From Hydrolagus colliei (Eukaryota), in assembly GCA_035084275.1 (NCBI GenBank), contig CM068745.1, positions 1,674,001 to 1,738,000 of the forward strand: a stretch of 64,000 nt of DNA, read 5' to 3'. Position 1 is the stretch's first letter. Every line of letters starts with the position of its first letter. Shown here one piece after another: positions 59,579 through 64,000 of the stretch. The position numbers were made by a program, and so were the translations under genes. A model generated the notes under the pieces. The model was not told the DNA's origin. It made no database searches and saw nothing but the letters and a program-made list of their open reading frames with translations.

Positions 59579-60142
59579 ATGGAAGCTGCCGTCACTACGT
59601 ACCAAACGAGGGCAAGAAAAGCGCAGTGTTTGCCTGAATCACGCATCGATCGAAGGCGGACAAAGATGGCTTCTCGCCAACTCGACACAGATGAGGATGA
59701 AAATACATCCGACGATGAGGAGAGTGACGGCGATGAAAGTGTACAGAGTAGTGACTCAAATGATGATCGCGAACAAGTGCAAAGTCCTGTCGCTGCGGCG
59801 CAGAGCTCAGACGAGGAGAACGTCAATCCAAGTACACGCCTCAGGACCTCGTCGAGTAACGTGTTTTCAGACAGTGACTCTAGCTCAGGCAGTGAGATTT
59901 GGAACAATCCGGTAAGAAAGATAAAAGGTAATTCTCGGCGTATCTTCGTACAGGACGGGGGAGAGGACAGCGGTGAGGAGGGAACGTCGGCCACAAATTT
60001 ATCAGTGGGGACTGAAGACTTGTCGCAAAGAGAGAAAAGAATATCAATTGCCCGGAAGAGGAAGAGGCATTTGGAAATGAAGAGATTGGCAAAGAAGACA
60101 CGGCCTCATCACTTGAACAGTGGAATCGGACATTCCTCTGAG
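59579..60142 (+). CDS. CCDC82: CCDC82 first coding exon (188 codons, MEAAVTTYQTRARK...GIGHSSE)
   Basis: Acceptor tag| at 59573, ATG 59579, donor GAG|gtttga; ORF 59558-60148. Confidence 0.87.
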
Positions 60143-63048
60143 GTTTGATTTATTTTATTGTCTTGCAGATAAAAACACCCAAGAGTAAACTCTATACTAT
60201 ACTTGAAGGGATCATCGTTCAAGGCTGTTTTGCGACTCACAGTTATTTGTGGAGTGTTCAATGACAATGTTTTGTCTAAATTTAGCCATCAAATTATTTG
60301 TTTGCACCAATATAATTATCTACACTTGACTATTATACTAAATAGTTCATTGTAAATATTTGTGCGTAACACAAACATCTAGGGCTCAATTACTCACTTA
60401 AGAGCAGTTCCATTGGTGACCCATAGTTATTCTGCATTATAAGTACACTATAGTATTTGGCCATAACAACAATTTAAATTCACGTCTTCGAGCGCTTTAA
60501 ATTAGAAATGAGGTGAATGCTGGCTCTCTGTGTAAGTAAATGAGGCAGCAGATTTGCTCTAACAAGGTACATCAAACAGCAATGAGATGGGTATCTGAAC
60601 CATTAGAATTTGGGGGGTAATTTGGGATTAAGTGGGAATATAAAACAGGATTGTTAGGAGAAAACCAACACATTTCTTTGAAATGGAGGGGCATACATAG
60701 GGTTTAATTTCCATCGGAATCACAAGACAGATGGACTAAAATGCATAACAGGTTCAAAGAAATGGTCTGGAAATAAATAATAAACTGGTATCTGATGTAG
60801 AATGTTGTAATGTTGGAAAACAATTAGGTAGTTAATGGGCACCAGATCATAAAACACTGAGTCTATTGAAGATTACATATGTTTGATGTGATATTAACTG
60901 TCCTATAATTTCATGCTTCGTCCCGAACAGGGGATTTACGTCAGCAACTCTGCAGTTCTCTGGCATGACGTTTGTCTCCAAAAACGTAAATAAAGTTTGG
61001 GTCAAATTCACCTCCTTTATAAAGTATGCTAGCTCAAACAGATTATTCATAGTATAACATTAACATGCCTCAAGAGATCACTATAACTCAAATGGACTTT
61101 TTCTATGCTGCAAAGTCCTATGGTTCTATTCCCATAGAGTATACATAGAACAGATGTACTTTGAAAGCAGTAAATGTGATATTAATTAACTCCTTTCAGA
61201 AAGGAGATGGATAAATACCTGGGTAATAATGGGATTGATAGTTTTAAGGGAAAATATAGAGAGAATGATCAAGAATACTCGGACTAGTGGGAGCATGAAA
61301 GTGTTCCCTGTGGAGACAAGTGCTCAAAATGGAACAACAACAAAATTACATTTCTGTAGCGCCTTTCACGTCAGGAGGAAGTCCCAAGGCGGTGAACAGT
61401 CAAAGGGTCAGGACCCGAGCATGGGGTGGGGGCAGGGTTGGGATGAGGGAGGGCAGAAAAATTGCTGACGTTGAGCTGTACAGAGTTGTCTCTCATCCAG
61501 GACTTGATGTCTGTCAGGAAACCAGTAGTCAAGGAATTGAGGCAGTGAGGTAGAGGCAGTGAGGTAGAGTTGGGTGTCGTCCGCATGCATGTGGAAATTT
61601 ACCCCATGTCTGCGGACAATGCAACCAATCATGTAGGGGTTGAATGATTTTGTAACATTAAACTCAGATCCAAGGGTTTGTCTATTTGGGGTCTTATGAA
61701 GCTATTTTGCATGTACTTAGTCAATCCCTGAAGTTTACAGCAACGACAACATTTTTAGAGCACCTTTCATGTTGCGAGGACGTCCCAAGGCACAGTGAAG
61801 GGTCAGGACCCAAGCATGTGGGGGGTTGGGATGAGGGAGAGTCTGGTGGGGTAGAGGACACGAGATGCAGAGTTTGGGAAGATCTGCAGCTTGTGAAGGG
61901 AAGAGTTTGGGAGGCCGACGTGGAGGCAGTTTCCTTAGTCAAGTTTAGTAGATTCTGCACATAACGTAGAAAAGTTATTTCATCCTGCGCCAGAGTGAAG
62001 AATAGAACCATGTAAATGTTTTCAATGTATTTTGACACTTCATCTCCCATCCACTGTATTTATCAGAAGTCAGACGAGGAATGTGGGGCACCTTCCCCTT
62101 ACGAATTGGGAAGCTCTGACTCCGAAAAAGACAGTTTAAAAGACTTCATTGTGGAAGATGATGATGAGGAGGAGGAGGAGAGTGGAGCGGAAACACAGTT
62201 TGGAGAAAACCACACAAGTACACTGAAGCACCCTCAACCATCAAAGTCCATACTGGCAAAATATCTACCAAACTGTAAGAAAGAAAGAATTGCTACAACC
62301 TTTACTGTTGGACAACAAAATACATTTCCTTGATTGAATATTTCTTGATTTACGCCTTAAATGTTTTTGTTTTTATGCGGGGAGGGGGTGCTTCTTGACA
62401 GCGATCCATTTCCAGCCTGTAGGAACCTTTCCATTGGCTTCCCATCCGCCAGAGGATAAAATTCAAGATCCTCATCCTCGATTTCAAGCCCATTCATGGC
62501 CCTGCCCTTTCCTACCTCCCCAACCTGCTGACTCTCAACTAACCTGCCCGCCCGCTCCGTTCAGTGGGCTCGGTTTGCTCCATGTTTCCAGTCCGACCCA
62601 CCCTACCATCAGTGGACAGGGTTTCAGCTCCTCTGCCCCCACACTGGAACCCCATCCCACAGTCCCTTTGCCTTGCTTCCTCGCTTGCCTCCTTCAAGGC
62701 CGGTCTCAAGACCCTCCTTTTCGACCGTACCTTCAGCTGCCCCCTCAGCTCTCTGCCACCTCTCGTCACTACCCTGCCCCTGCCCCCTGCCTCGGTCCCC
62801 ACCCCTGACTGTTCTCCCGATGTGAAAGGCCGTCTACAAATGTAATTTTGTTGTTGTCTGTCACAGTGTGGCTGCCACTGGCTCGATGGTACCAAACTGG
62901 AAAGCAAATGTGTCAACTTGTAATGGATTAAACCTTTTACTGTTTGTTTCTACAGTGTACAATAACAGTCCCTATAACCACTTCAAAAGGGTCGTTAAAG
63001 GTTTGCTGATTAATGCACTTGATGTCAATTTTCTGAAATCACTGTATG
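59579..63048 (+). CDS. CCDC82: Coiled-coil domain-containing protein 82, 5' part: join(59579-60142,62067-62274,62956-63048), continues beyond the window
   Basis: N-terminal SRIDRRRTK, acidic low-complexity region, DFIVEDDDEEE and HFKRVVKGLLINALDVNFLKSLY recall human CCDC82 (SRVDWRRTK...DDFVVQDEE...[23 protein letters not shown]). GT-AG introns with phases 0, 1, 1 are consistent. Confidence 0.9.
61333..61960 (-). mobile_element. Two tandem internally deleted L2 fragments in a CCDC82 intron
   Basis: Tails at ~61333 and ~61740; HADDTQLY...DIKSWM on the minus strand. Confidence 0.75.
62067..62274 (+). CDS. CCDC82: CCDC82 second coding exon (KSDEECGAP...DFIVEDDDEEEEES...AKYLPN)
   Basis: tatcag| acceptor (CAGAAG tandem), T|gtaaga donor, 208 nt; ORF 62016-62333. 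Confidence 0.87.
62420..62858 (+). mobile_element. L2 LINE 3' end in a CCDC82 intron
   Basis: HWLP..QRIKFKILILDFK; FKAGLKTLLFDRTF; (ttg)n tail. Confidence 0.85.
62956..63048 (+). CDS. CCDC82: CCDC82 third coding exon (YNNSPYNHFKRVVKGLLINALDVNFLKSLY)
   Basis: ttctacag| acceptor, G|gtaagt donor, 93 nt; conserved CCDC82 motif. Confidence 0.92.
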
Positions 63049-64000
63049 GTAAGTATCACTTTAGAAAGAAAGGTTGTTTAAAATAAACATTTTAAGCCTG
63101 ATACCCATGAGATGTCATGTTGAGTGATATATTTATTGCTTGACAAATAAAGTCCTAAAGCATGGAATTGTTTCTATATAACCAATGCTCTCTCTCAGCG
63201 AGCACGATACTGTAAGAAAATCAGTCTATAACATATGATTAGGCTGCAAGTGGATTTATATTTAATATTTAGCATATCCACCCCATTTTGGATCCTATTA
63301 TCTCCATTAGTCAGAAGTGTTTATATATCTAAATGAGAACGTCCTCCTGACGTGAAAGGCGCTATATAAGTGCAATTGTGTTATTTGTTTTTGTTGCATT
63401 CCACATCCTCAGGAAGGAAATATTTGGAAACCTTGTTATGTTTGATGCTCCTAGATGTTCTGGCTATAGTAGAGAAACAGCGGCAAGACAAACTGTTGGT
63501 GGTAGTGGTTTGATTTTTATGTTTTTTCGGGGATGTGGTGGGGTGGGTAGAGATTTAATTTTTAAAATGTCAGTAAAAAAATTTCACCAGTCTTCCCTTC
63601 TTCCTTCTGTCAGTCCCTCTCCCAATGTATGTCTCTAGAAGGGTGTGTGGTTTCCTCTATTGCTAATTTATTGCAGAATACCATACATCGGGTACAGCTA
63701 GTACTGCAATTTTTTTTAATAATAGCTCATCAACGATAATATGCCCATAAAACTCCTCCATGTAATATCGTTTCGTTGAGGCATAAATTATATCCCTACG
63801 TCAATCAGAATTGCGTTCTTGATGGACAGACACACAGACATTTTGTCTTTCAAAGGGTAGATTTATGTATCTTTTTGGAAAGTGTAACTTCTATAGCTGC
63901 TTCATTGTAGAATACCATGAATACTTTTTCGGGGCTTAATTAAAGCATTTTTTAAAAAAATTTAATACAGTTCATCAACAATAGGAGATCTCCTGTTCTT

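Noticed and set aside
58780-59579. Repetitive ORFs (VYCTV, LRVLYS, HCTVHA)
   Set aside because: Products of a 21-bp minisatellite open in all frames

Overview
Repeat-rich vertebrate genomic DNA, most likely a cartilaginous fish and probably a holocephalan/chimaera; this is inferred from the abundant tRNA-headed Deu-type SINE, the CR1 and L2 LINEs and a Penelope-like remnant. No protein-coding exons were recognised in the first ~30 kb, only SINE, LINE and MITE debris plus one young 5'-truncated CR1 with an open 463-aa RT frame. The window holds a complete + strand ketohexokinase gene (KHK; CDS 32681-52707, 900 nt = 299 aa). All exon phases are consistent and both mutually exclusive 135-nt exons are present: 3A-like (41578-41712) and 3C-like (42377-42511). 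After a block of minisatellites and a 200-N scaffold gap come the first three coding exons of CCDC82 (+, 59579-63048; the gene runs off the window). Most notable observations: (1) a 108-bp TSD-flanked Penelope-type mini-element carrying a complete minimal hammerhead ribozyme fold in KHK intron 2; (2) the KHK 3A/3C exon pair in a basal jawed vertebrate; (3) a KHK terminal exon that begins with GTAAGT and so regenerates a strong splice donor; (4) a KHK-CCDC82 adjacency that differs from human but spans an assembly gap. All calls come from manual reading; no database searches were run, human comparisons are from memory, and repeat boundaries are approximate.
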